Of a stretch of DNA of 31,896 nt, positions 9,864-20,200 are shown in pieces (positions within the stretch are counted from its first letter, which is position 1; the number at the start of each line of letters is the position of its first letter). Source of the DNA: a virus. Its lineage: Duplodnaviria; Caudoviricetes. The notes beneath the pieces were generated by a model. That model was not told the DNA's origin. It did not search any database and saw nothing but the letters and a program-made list of their open reading frames with translations. The stretch is taken from the IMG/VR virus record IMGVR_UViG_3300032233_001676, positions 1 through 31,896 of that record, one strand, 5' to 3'. A program made the position numbers and the translations under genes.

Positions 9864-12727
9864 TATTTATTTCCTTTTTTAATGTATTTAGATTTTTGAT
9901 ATTCTATAACAGCGATTAGTTCATAATTATTTGAATTACTTAATCTTGTAGCGTCTTCCACAAAAGTCTTTCCAAGATATACACCTGTTCCTTTACCCAT
10001 TCCTGCACCAGCACCTCCATATACTAAATATGGGTTTGCTATAGCAGTATTGAAAAAATCATATAAAATAGCAGATCCTTTTGTTAAAACATGTTCTTTG
10101 TTTTTATTATCTTCTTTATTATTAAAAAAACTAACAAATTTGCTCACATCTGCCGCTACAGGAGCGGGAGTTATAGAAGTTAAAAGTTTATTAAATTTAA
10201 ATTTATTTAAAACCGCTTGTTCATCCACGACATCAGTAAAAGAAATTGTATCACCAGCGCCTCCACCCCCCGCAAATATACTCGGGCCATCTTTATTTAT
10301 ATTTATAACTCCACTACAATTTATATAAAAACCATTTTTGCCCAAACGCGCTGAATTTGTATTTGTCTTTACTGTGTTTCCTCCTTTACCAATGATCTTA
10401 GAATTATAAAAGTTAAGAACAACACCAGAAGGCATTGATGAATAATTTCCCGTTATAATAAAAGCTCCAGTATTGAAACAATCATCTACAGAATTCGAAT
10501 TTAAAGGGCCGTAAGTAACGTTGTTGAAATCTATTTTAACTCCAGAGTACAAAGCAAAAGCCGCTCCAAATCTGGCATTACTTTCTATATATTTGTACAA
10601 GTCAAAACAATTTTGATCTGGTCCGTTAACAATAAACTCTTCTACTCTTCCATCAACTCTTATTGAAGGAGGATTAATACCAAAAGTCTGGAGATTTTCT
10701 AAAGTCAATCCGCTTATTACTTGCGGATTAATCATAGAAGAATTGAGGCTGTTTATTCCAGAAGCAAAAACAAAATCTCCACTATTTTTTCCTAGATAAT
10801 CATAATTATAACCACTTACTCTTACAAAGTAATCAGTTCCTAATTGCATTCCAGTAAAATTCATCGTAAAAGACGATTCATCAGGAGTGCCAATATCATA
10901 CAAGTCAGTACTATCATTTCTAAGAACTGCTTTTGAAGAACCTGTGAAAAAACCTGCCGAAAAAGCTCCGCTTGTTTGAGTTAATCTTCCAGAAAAATCT
11001 GTATAATAAAAACCTGATTCTGGAATTGTAAATTTTGTTTGTAAACACAATTGGTTTAAACTGAAATCATAATAAGGCGCAACAACACATGTTTTCAATC
11101 CACTCAAAAACTTATCTGAAATATTTTGACCATCATCAAAATATTTTCCTGAATAATTTAATAACAAATCAGCTTCGCTTATTATACCTAAATTTTCATT
11201 TTCTTGCGATATAGCTCTTCTTCCAGTATATAAAAAATTATTTAAAAACTCATTTTTTGCTTTTAATGGAACTTTACACAACAGATCATATGTAGCAAAA
11301 CCACCTGCTGGTGCAACTTTTTGCGTATTCGAAGGTTCTATTAAATCTACAAAACTAACATCTTTATTATTTGGATCATTTGGAAAAAATTCATCAGCGC
11401 CAAAAATAAATGTTATTGGTTTGCGTTCTTGATTTCTTATTTTTACTTCTTGATTTTTTGTAAAACCTAACGGCACAAAACCAAAGTTAACATTAGAAGG
11501 AATTAAAGTTGTATTAAACGTTCTATCAAAAGAATAATCAAATTTAGATTCAATAAATTTGGCTTGAATAGAATGATTATCTTTAAAATTAAATGTGTGA
11601 CTCCATTCAGGACAATAGAATGATCTTGTTCCAGTATAAGGAATAAACATGTCATATTGGAAAAGCTCTACTCCATTATGGTTCTCAAGAAAGTGTAAAA
11701 GAGCTTGAGCCTCTTTATCCGATCTGTTATTAAATTGTAAATCAAAATCAAAACTGTTTGGATTTATTCCAACGTTTTGATACAAATAAAAACTGCTTAA
11801 ATCGTTTTTATATTTAGTAGAATCAAAATTTAAACTTTGAGCAAGATCTGGCGAAAAATAAAACTTCTGTGTCCAATGGTTATTAGAGTCTGTAGAATAA
11901 GGATTTACATTTGTAGAAGTTGTGTCTCCGGTATAATAGAAAAATCCATCTGAGCTATTACCAAGTCTAAAAGGAAAAACATAATCATGTTTTTCATACG
12001 TTACTGTATTAAAATAAACATTTTTTGTAGTAAAAGGTATTAACTTTTCTTTCCAAGATGTTATAGATACGAAAGGAGACTCTAGACTTAAAGAAACAGT
12101 ATTAAAGTCTACATTTTCTAAATTGTTGTTTATTGTTTTTAAATAGTAAGGCCTTACTTTTTCATGAGGATAAAACAAAGACATGTTTACTGGCCTCATG
12201 CCTTGACCATCAGGCAAAGAAGGTTTAGTGTAATGATTCTGATAAAAATGATTTAACGCTCTCGCTTCGTTATCCGTGATTCCTTGAAAGTTTAATTCTA
12301 CCTCGACTTGAATGACGTTTTCACTTTTGCCAAGAATATATCGGTAATTATCTTGAAATTCATTTTCATAAAAATTAGCACTGAAACTAATTTTTGAACC
12401 ATACGTTGGTTTAAAAAAGAAATCTTGAGTCCACCAGTCAAACGTTTCTGGACCAGAAATAACATTAAACGGGCTATCAGGTCTTGTCCAAAAAAGATTT
12501 TGTCCAGATGTTAAAAATTTTTGACTATTTAAATAGTAATATCCTGTTTTTCCAGCTAGTGGATTAACTACTGTTTCTGTTATTGGTGATGGAAGAGCGC
12601 TTGAATCAGTATATGTACCTGCATTTATTCCAGTATAATATACAATTTCAAACTCATTAAACAATATGCCAGTTTCATAGTATGGCACATTTGGCATTAA
12701 TATTCTATAGTCGTTTATAGCTTTCAT
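9863..12727 (-). CDS. Extended distal tail (gpM/Dit-like) protein: two tandem gpM-like domains plus Ig/FN3-like and Gly-rich C-terminal domains
   Basis: Repeat 1 WTQDFFFKP...F..ITDNEARALNHF; repeat 2 WTQKFYFSP...FNNRSDKEAQALLHFLENHNG...FYCPEW...IQAKFIE; VNFGFVPLG Ig-like start; IIGKGG and AGGGGAG motifs. Confidence 0.72.
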   Translation of the reverse strand: MKAINDYRILMPNVPYYETGILFNEFEIVYYTGINAGTYTDSSALPSPITETVVNPLAGKTGYYYLNSQKFLTSGQNLFWTRPDSPFNVISGPETFDWWTQDFFFKPTYGSKISFSANFYENEFQDNYRYILGKSENVIQVEVELNFQGITDNEARALNHFYQNHYTKPSLPDGQGMRPVNMSLFYPHEKVRPYYLKTINNNLENVDFNTVSLSLESPFVSITSWKEKLIPFTTKNVYFNTVTYEKHDYVFPFRLGNSSDGFFYYTGDTTSTNVNPYSTDSNNHWTQKFYFSPDLAQSLNFDSTKYKNDLSSFYLYQNVGINPNSFDFDLQFNNRSDKEAQALLHFLENHNGVELFQYDMFIPYTGTRSFYCPEWSHTFNFKDNHSIQAKFIESKFDYSFDRTFNTTLIPSNVNFGFVPLGFTKNQEVKIRNQERKPITFIFGADEFFPNDPNNKDVSFVDLIEPSNTQKVAPAGGFATYDLLCKVPLKAKNEFLNNFLYTGRRAISQENENLGIISEADLLLNYSGKYFDDGQNISDKFLSGLKTCVVAPYYDFSLNQLCLQTKFTIPESGFYYTDFSGRLTQTSGAFSAGFFTGSSKAVLRNDSTDLYDIGTPDESSFTMNFTGMQLGTDYFVRVSGYNYDYLGKNSGDFVFASGINSLNSSMINPQVISGLTLENLQTFGINPPSIRVDGRVEEFIVNGPDQNCFDLYKYIESNARFGAAFALYSGVKIDFNNVTYGPLNSNSVDDCFNTGAFIITGNYSSMPSGVVLNFYNSKIIGKGGNTVKTNTNSARLGKNGFYINCSGVININKDGPSIFAGGGGAGDTISFTDVVDEQAVLNKFKFNKLLTSITPAPVAADVSKFVSFFNNKEDNKNKEHVLTKGSAILYDFFNTAIANPYLVYGGAGAGMGKGTGVYLGKTFVEDATRLSNSNNYELIAVIEYQKSKYIKKGNK

Positions 12728-14298
12728 GGTGGATTATTCCCAACTCCTGCCCATTGTTGAGTTAGACCTTTATAAATATATGGAGAATTTTCAGTTCCAT
12801 TACCAATTGTTGGACCATTTACCAAAGTCCAAACATCATCATAAGTAAAGTTTTGATATCTTGCTGGTATATTGTCTGTTGTAGTTAGCGCTGAGAAATC
12901 AAATCGAAAGAAAACATCAGGCGATTTTAAATTATATATTTTTCCTAAATTAAACGCCTCTTTAAATTTTTTGTTAACCTTAAACTTCACCCCTAAAGCA
13001 TCTGTTGCTCTCCAAAAATTTCTTGGTAATCCTTGATCATCACTATCCGCCTTTAAATAAACTAAACCTGGAACCACACCTTCCACCTTAAAATAATAAC
13101 TATGATTTATTTGCGAATTGCTAAAATCAGTATCTACAAACCTTCCTTCAATACGTGATACATTAGTAAATTTTTGATTAACTCGATTTCTATCTTTCAT
13201 ATATTGACCTGTAGCATAGAAATAAAAATTAAATAGTATTACATAATATAAATATTCATCATTATCAATTGGACCCGTAGAATCACTTGTTCCAGTTCCT
13301 CTTCCTTTATTTAAATCTGTAGGATCTGGCTTAGTAGAATTTATAATTTCTGTACTTGTAACGCTCGTAGGAGGTAATATAATAACATTATTATTGTTAG
13401 TAGGAGGATTTACAATATTTGGATTGTTTACTTCCATTGGAATAGTAATAGAAGAACGTTTCTTATTTAAAGACTGCATCATTTTTATTTTACTAAATCC
13501 AAAATTATCTTCAGATATTTCATAACTTTGATTTACTATTATACCAGTAAGATTTATCGTATCAGATACGTTTGCATCCGTATTGTCTTTCAATACAGCA
13601 GAAAATACTGCTGAATTTCCTTTTATGTCCAAAACTCCATCTAAATTACTAGCTGTTATATTGAATTCAGCATTTATTTCTTTCATCGCAACTCTTAAAG
13701 GAAAATATTCACCGACTCTTAAGACAGGAACTCTTTCAACACTAAATTGATAATCAAAATCAGTTACTACAAAGTCAGCCGGATTTTGTATATATGTGGA
13801 TCTATCGTCAGTAATAATATAACTCGACACACCATTTAATATATTCAATCCTGAATTGAACGACTGATCTAAAGATGAAATGTTTTTTGTTACCTGAGTC
13901 GCGTTTAAACTATTAAAAACAAATGAATTCGTATTTAAAGCTCTTATTCCATGATAAAAAACAAAATCAGCTTTAACTGGTATAGGCTCAAAAGGACGCA
14001 CTGAAAAACTTAAATTTGTTAAATGGCAACCTGGAACAGCTAATTGATTAAACGCTATAGTGTTTGCGATTTCATTTTGATTTTCTAATCTTAAATAGCT
14101 AGGAATCGCTCCTGTTAAGAAAAAATTTATAGATACTGAACCTTGAATAGGAGAAGTTGGCGAATAATACAATAAATTTCCATTTATATCTCTTACTGGA
14201 ACGGTATTAGCCGCCAACTGAAAACTTATAGAATTGGCTGGAAATAAATTGTTATTTATTATAACCTGATTAATATCATATGTAAGAAATTTAGCCAT
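12724..14298 (-). CDS. Tail-tube-fold minor tail protein with a Pro/Asn/Thr linker and C-terminal domain
   Basis: Two tube-like segments (ANSISFQLAANTVPV...; VTDFDYQFSVERVPVLRVG...P) resemble the major tail protein; low-complexity linker NNPNIVNPPTNNNN. Confidence 0.55.
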   Translation of the reverse strand: MAKFLTYDINQVIINNNLFPANSISFQLAANTVPVRDINGNLLYYSPTSPIQGSVSINFFLTGAIPSYLRLENQNEIANTIAFNQLAVPGCHLTNLSFSVRPFEPIPVKADFVFYHGIRALNTNSFVFNSLNATQVTKNISSLDQSFNSGLNILNGVSSYIITDDRSTYIQNPADFVVTDFDYQFSVERVPVLRVGEYFPLRVAMKEINAEFNITASNLDGVLDIKGNSAVFSAVLKDNTDANVSDTINLTGIIVNQSYEISEDNFGFSKIKMMQSLNKKRSSITIPMEVNNPNIVNPPTNNNNVIILPPTSVTSTEIINSTKPDPTDLNKGRGTGTSDSTGPIDNDEYLYYVILFNFYFYATGQYMKDRNRVNQKFTNVSRIEGRFVDTDFSNSQINHSYYFKVEGVVPGLVYLKADSDDQGLPRNFWRATDALGVKFKVNKKFKEAFNLGKIYNLKSPDVFFRFDFSALTTTDNIPARYQNFTYDDVWTLVNGPTIGNGTENSPYIYKGLTQQWAGVGNNPP

Positions 14299-14299
14299 T

Positions 14300-16261
14300 T
14301 TATTGATTTATATAAGCACCACCTTCAGTAGCGGTATCAGATTCAACAAAATAAGAAACAGTCGTTGTTAAGTTTTTAGCTCCAGTTAAAATAGTGATTT
14401 GTGGAGACGCTGGATTTGTTATCGCGTATGCGACCCAACTTATACTATCGAATTTATTAAATTTTAATCTATCGGTGCCTATTCCATTAAATTTTTGATT
14501 AACAGTTGTATTAGATCTACGAGCTTGAAGATTTAAAAATCCTTGACCAGTTATCACTCCAGAAACATATATTTGAGTTCCTGGATTTATATCATTTGGA
14601 TTTTTAAATGCATTAGTCGAAGTGTCCCATAATTGATAGAATGGCGCACTACCTATTGTTGTCCCACTCACATATGCAACTCCATTCGCATTAGTCAATT
14701 GAACGTCAGCGAATTTATTAAATACTAAATAACCAGTACCATTAGAAATACCGCTATTTAATTGACATGTGAAATCAACTCCTATTACTTGTCCAGACAA
14801 CGGACACAATGAATGATAAGCTAGACTACCCGATGTCTGATAATCATAACTTATATTATCTAAATTCAAATAAACAGGCTTATAGGTTTCAGAACAACTG
14901 GCTCTATGAACTTGTATAAATTTACCTTGTGAGAAATCATTATTTGTACTGTAATATCTAGAAATATCCAAATCACCTTTATCAGATATATTTGCAATAT
15001 CGCGACTAGAATAACTTGTATTAGTAGTGTCTCCGGTTTGAAAAAAGAACTCTCCAACACTACCAGCGTCTGCATATGTATTACTTGAAGTAAATCTATA
15101 CCCAACTAACATATTGTTTTTAGTACCTGAAGAATATGTAGTAAAAATACTATCAACTGGACCTGAACCTCCAGGAAAATTACTTTGATATTTAAAAATT
15201 AAATTTTGATCATTTGATTGATATCTAGAAACAAAAGTCCCATTAGATCCAGAAACATCTATTGGAAATACTGGATCTATGCCTCCGATTCCTAATCTTT
15301 TATTATTTATGTCAAAAATGAAAGGATCAGTAGAAGCCACAGTTCCAGGCGATATGTTCTTACCTAAATGCAATTGATTAAAAGTAGGATCAAAAGTAAA
15401 AGAAGCTGTAGTCGCTACTCCTACTTTTCTAAAATAAAAATTTGGATTAGTTGTGTCTTCTACTAGAAAAGTTTTATAAGTTACACTGTTAGTTGTATCA
15501 TTTGTAACCATTAAACGAGCGTCTGGAAATCTTCCTGAGTTATTTCCTACTCTAGTCAAAGAATAATCAGCATCTACAAATACAGAACCGCTTAAACCAA
15601 CAAATGTTCCACTAGCCATATTTGCGCTAGGATGATAATTTATATAAAAATCTTTTTCACTAGATATTCCGCTATAATTAAAATCATAATCATTACTATT
15701 TGTATTATTATCAAAACTCATCCTCAATCCAGTTGAAGCAAAAAATTGCATACTAACGCCAGATTCTGTATTAGCAACAGAATACTGACTAGCATCAGTT
15801 ATTAAAACTTTACCATTAGTATTTATGTTTAACGATGGAAAATACGTATCATTTGAATCTCCGCTTATAAAAAATTTACCACTTGGAATATTCGCTAAAT
15901 ACCAAGGACAATTATTATCATTAAATTTAAAATATCCTGTAAAACCACTTGGCGGCTGCAATGTTATAACTGCATTTTGCCCAGTGTAACCGCTAATATG
16001 CAAAATAGAAGACGGAACGAAACTTGATGCGCCACCGATACCTACATATTTATTATTTGACGGTATTCTTATTACTGGCAGAGCATAATCAGAAACACCA
16101 ATTTGCATTGTATTAGAACCAGTACTTCTAAGAAAATAGAAATTAGTTTGAAAATCATCAAATGTAATTATCTCCGTGGAACCTGCGGCATTTGATTTCA
16201 ACAATACGTCTGTCGATCCAATCGTTGAAGACGCTGGTAATTCTGATATTTTATCGCCCAT
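14300..16261 (-). CDS. Tail fibre/spike-like protein
   Basis: N-terminal KISELP motif; repeated VGIG...P...LHISG / LGIG...P..PIDVSG fibre-shaft motifs; Ser/Gly/Thr-rich beta composition. Confidence 0.65.
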   Translation of the reverse strand: MGDKISELPASSTIGSTDVLLKSNAAGSTEIITFDDFQTNFYFLRSTGSNTMQIGVSDYALPVIRIPSNNKYVGIGGASSFVPSSILHISGYTGQNAVITLQPPSGFTGYFKFNDNNCPWYLANIPSGKFFISGDSNDTYFPSLNINTNGKVLITDASQYSVANTESGVSMQFFASTGLRMSFDNNTNSNDYDFNYSGISSEKDFYINYHPSANMASGTFVGLSGSVFVDADYSLTRVGNNSGRFPDARLMVTNDTTNSVTYKTFLVEDTTNPNFYFRKVGVATTASFTFDPTFNQLHLGKNISPGTVASTDPFIFDINNKRLGIGGIDPVFPIDVSGSNGTFVSRYQSNDQNLIFKYQSNFPGGSGPVDSIFTTYSSGTKNNMLVGYRFTSSNTYADAGSVGEFFFQTGDTTNTSYSSRDIANISDKGDLDISRYYSTNNDFSQGKFIQVHRASCSETYKPVYLNLDNISYDYQTSGSLAYHSLCPLSGQVIGVDFTCQLNSGISNGTGYLVFNKFADVQLTNANGVAYVSGTTIGSAPFYQLWDTSTNAFKNPNDINPGTQIYVSGVITGQGFLNLQARRSNTTVNQKFNGIGTDRLKFNKFDSISWVAYAITNPASPQITILTGAKNLTTTVSYFVESDTATEGGAYINQ

Positions 16262-16269
16262 ATTTTATA

Positions 16270-16275
16270 TTACAC
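16270..16275 (-). promoter_or_regulatory. GTGTAA motif 8 nt before the start at 16261
   Basis: aagGTGTAAtataaaatATG in a 31-nt intergenic gap. Confidence 0.55.
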
Positions 16276-16292
16276 CTTTATTATATTAAAAA

Positions 16293-17267
16293 TTATTCTA
16301 TATAATTTCCAGCATAAGAAATTATATTTTTATTTAGATAAGTAACGTATGTTAATTTAACTGTTGCGACATCTTCGGTTGTACTGGTAAACTGTTCTGA
16401 AATCAACCTAGTATTAGAACTGCTAAAATTAAAAACTTGATTAGTACTAGGATTAACATCATTTTTCTTTAAAATGAGCAAAGGAACACTCGCTTCAGTT
16501 GTTAATAACGTTCCATCTTCAGTTGTCATCTCAGAATCTTCATAAGCAACTCCATTAATATTTACAGAAAATACATCAAAAGCATTAGTTATTAAAGCGT
16601 CTGACTGTCTTTTTGTTTCATAATCATCGACCTCCATTGTAAAGTTAGTAATTACTTCAATCGGCCATTTTGTTGTAACCTGAAAAGGAGTAGTAGAATT
16701 TACTGTATAAATTTCATTTTTATTTATTTGAGCGGATAAATCGAAACTTGTTATTCTATTTCCTGAGCTTCCATTACAAATTATATTAATAGTACTAGGC
16801 AAAGGAACTTTTTTTGGATTATCTGTGTTATACCCTAATGCATTTAGAGAAGATGGATCGCCTAACATTGTTGCATTTAAGCTATCAATATATAAACCAC
16901 TTCCTATATCCCCATAAACAGTAATACCATAATTAGCGGTTGGCGGCTCACCATAAGTTACAGAATAAGAATAAGAAGTTAAACTTCCCAAATTAAATCC
17001 AAACACTTTATCTCCATAATTAATAGATCCTCTTATGAAGGAATCTATTCCTGTATATAAACGCATAAAATCTTCAGCAATCATTGTTCTCGTTATTGAA
17101 AAATCACCTTTAGGTATTCCAGCGACAACATTTTTAATAGTTCCTTGACCAAAAATATTTATCGGCTTGACTGTATGAGAATAAGAACCGTCCACATCAG
17201 TAACGTAATCTAATTTACGTCCACCAATATAAACTGTTTGATCATATTGCGCTTGTGAGAATTTCAT
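16293..17267 (-). CDS. Tail-tube-fold protein immediately after the TMP (baseplate-proximal tube-like)
   Basis: VTDVDGSYS...PINIFG and ITSFDLSAQINKNEIYTV...P...WPIEV...F segments parallel the two halves of the major tail protein. Confidence 0.55.
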   Translation of the reverse strand: MKFSQAQYDQTVYIGGRKLDYVTDVDGSYSHTVKPINIFGQGTIKNVVAGIPKGDFSITRTMIAEDFMRLYTGIDSFIRGSINYGDKVFGFNLGSLTSYSYSVTYGEPPTANYGITVYGDIGSGLYIDSLNATMLGDPSSLNALGYNTDNPKKVPLPSTINIICNGSSGNRITSFDLSAQINKNEIYTVNSTTPFQVTTKWPIEVITNFTMEVDDYETKRQSDALITNAFDVFSVNINGVAYEDSEMTTEDGTLLTTEASVPLLILKKNDVNPSTNQVFNFSSSNTRLISEQFTSTTEDVATVKLTYVTYLNKNIISYAGNYIE

Positions 17268-20200
17268 TATCTTTTCTTAGTTGAGTCTAATAAACCACCT
17301 GTTCTTTGTTCATTTGATATAACTTCTAAGACAACAGATTTGATTCTATTAGCGAGTTCATTATTCGTGCCTTCGGTTCCCACACCTGTTTTGTCTTTTT
17401 CTTCTTTGTTGTCGCCATTACCATTAGCATTTACAGTAATATTAATTGATACATTATTAGCTGTAGAATTAGATGTGTTATTAGCTTCTGTTTGATTGGG
17501 GCCAACCATTCCGCCTTCAGCAAATCTCGCTACTCCTGAATTGATTCTATTAAGACCGCCAACACCATATTTTCTAACCGCTCTACTATTGACTACATAT
17601 TCACCACCAGAAAGATAAGCTGGAATACTATCTGTTAAACGAGAACCATAAGGTAAAAATCCTCCAGAATTGAATTTCATTAATCCACCATCTTGTTTTT
17701 TACCACGAAATGGATCATAAAATGGATTTTTATTAAATCCTCCATAACCGGGAGAGAAGCTTCCGCGTCCATAACCAGAAGAGACGCGAGAATAACCCGA
17801 AGGAATATTATTCATTCCTGTCATAGCCTGAGATGGACTATTGAAACTCTTAGTAGTTCTACCTAGTCCATAATTTGGTCCCGCATTTCCTACTTGCTCA
17901 AAACTATAAGTAGGCTTGCGACCTAGAAAGCCACCTGGAGTAACGTTTATTCCAGATTGAGCAAATCTACTTGCAGCCATTTCATTAAATGAAGATTTAG
18001 TAAAAGCTGTAGAACCAAAATTTGATTTATTTAAAATAGAACCATCTCCCAAAGTTACAGATCCTCCAGAATTTATCAAGCTTTTAGCATCACTAAAGCT
18101 ACTCACCGCAGTTGTTGTACCATTCGATAAAGCGCCAGTTGCGCCTTGCAAATTAGCTTTTGCCATAGAACTCTGCTTCAAGTAGTCAGCACCCGCTGAA
18201 ATTCCCATGCCGATTCCAGTTGATATTAAAGTAGTAAGAAATTGATTAAGAAGCGCTTTTCTTTCTGCTTTTTTCTTATCTTTTTTAGCTTGAGCTTCTC
18301 TTGCTTCGTCTACATAAGCTTGAAATTCTGGACTTTGTTCTCTTCCGAAACCAGTAAGATCATCAAAAGGTCTGGCTAAATTGACACTTGCTGACATTGA
18401 ACCGGGATCTCCTCCTGTAGCAAAACGAGGAAAAGTATTAAAATTTAGATCATCAATAGCTCTTGGACCACCAAGAGATTTAACAGCGTTTCTATTTAAG
18501 ACATATTCGCCATCTTCAAGCAGCGCAGGGTTTTTATCACCAGTTCTTCCACCGCTAATATACATACCGCTTTGAGCGCGAATAAAACCCCCTCTTTGCT
18601 CTGTCGCGGGTCTACCAAATGAAAAAGAACTTCCAAAGCTACCAACAACTTGATTAGCTATGTTTTGAAGCATTGCTCCTTGTATAGCTTTTAAGAAATT
18701 TGCAGCCACTCCCATTAAAGCTGATTCAAGATCGTCTGCTTTGTTAAGCGCCGCATCCATTGCTCCAACTAAACCATCTCTAAATAAACCTGGAATTTTT
18801 TGCCCAAAGTCATTTGCAAAAGTTTCTCTTTCTTTATTTATTTGATCAAAACCAGCACTCAATCCAACAGAAAAAGATTTAGAATCACGAAGTCTTTTTC
18901 TTTCTTCGGCGTTTTTTATTTTTAAAAGCTCGGTTTCTTCTTTTACTTTATTATTTATATTAGCTTGAATACCCTCCAAAGCCTTCAAATCTTCTTTCGC
19001 TGTAGCGTATAAAGGACTTAAATTATTTAAACTATTTAAATATTCTTTTTGTTTTTGAATTGTATCGTTTAGAGTTTGTAGATTTTCTATATTTTGTTGA
19101 TTTAGTAATGGAGATCTTTTTAACTCAGTTTCGGCTATGTTATTTTTTTGCAATTGAGCCTCTTTCATCTGAGTTTGAATACGTGATTTTGCAGTGCCTA
19201 AAACTGATGAATTTGCAGATTCTAATTCATTTTTTGTAAAAGATGTTATATCTTCAGTTGATTGAGCTTGTCTGTATCCGATACGTAACTCAGACTCTTT
19301 TTGCATTCCCATGTTATAAAAATTAGGAGCATAATTTAAATAAGCCTCTTCTTTTGCTCGTTGTATTTTAGAGGTTATTTCTTTACTAGCTAAAGCTCTT
19401 TGTCTTCCTGCTGATTCATAACTAATATCAGCAACAGTTGAAGATTCAAATAAAGTTAATTGTTCTTTTATTTTTAATTGGCGATTATTTTCTTCTAATA
19501 TTTTTGTTTCTCTAGTTAAATTAGTTTCTCTATCTTTTTCTAATTCTTTTTGATCAGTAACTATTTTTTGTAATTTTTGCAACGTCTCTGCGGGAATTTG
19601 CTTAAGTTGCTCAGAAGAAATATTTTTTAAAAATTCTTGTGCATCTGATGCGGTCATAGCTTCACCTTTTTTGGTGATCCCTTCTAGACGAGTAATTTCA
19701 TTTGGACTTCCTCCTAATATTGGAGTGCTTTTTATTTGTTCTGCAAAAGTTTGCGCAAATTGTAAATTTGTTTTTTTATTTTCTCTATTAAAAGAATTTG
19801 TTAATAATTCTTTTTTTAATTTAAGCTCAGAATCAACGGCCTCAATTGGCGATAAAATATTTTTTACTAATGAATTTTCAAAAGTGCCTGTAAGCTCTTT
19901 CAACTTATCATCGAATTCAGACTCTTCAAAAGATCTTCTTACTAATAGAGACGCATCAGATAATGATTTTTCAATGTCTAGGTATATAGATGATGCTGAT
20001 TTTTTAGCGCTTCTATTAGGCTTAGTTCTTTCTGTATCTGTTTTTAAATTTTGTAAATCTTCAAATGTATTTGATAATGCTATTGATCTATTAACACCCA
20101 TTGCATCATTTGGATTAAACGCAATTCTAAAAGCTTGAACTACACTTTCCTGCATGTCTTTAGTTAAAGACGTAAAGTATTCTGATTGTGCTAAATTTTG

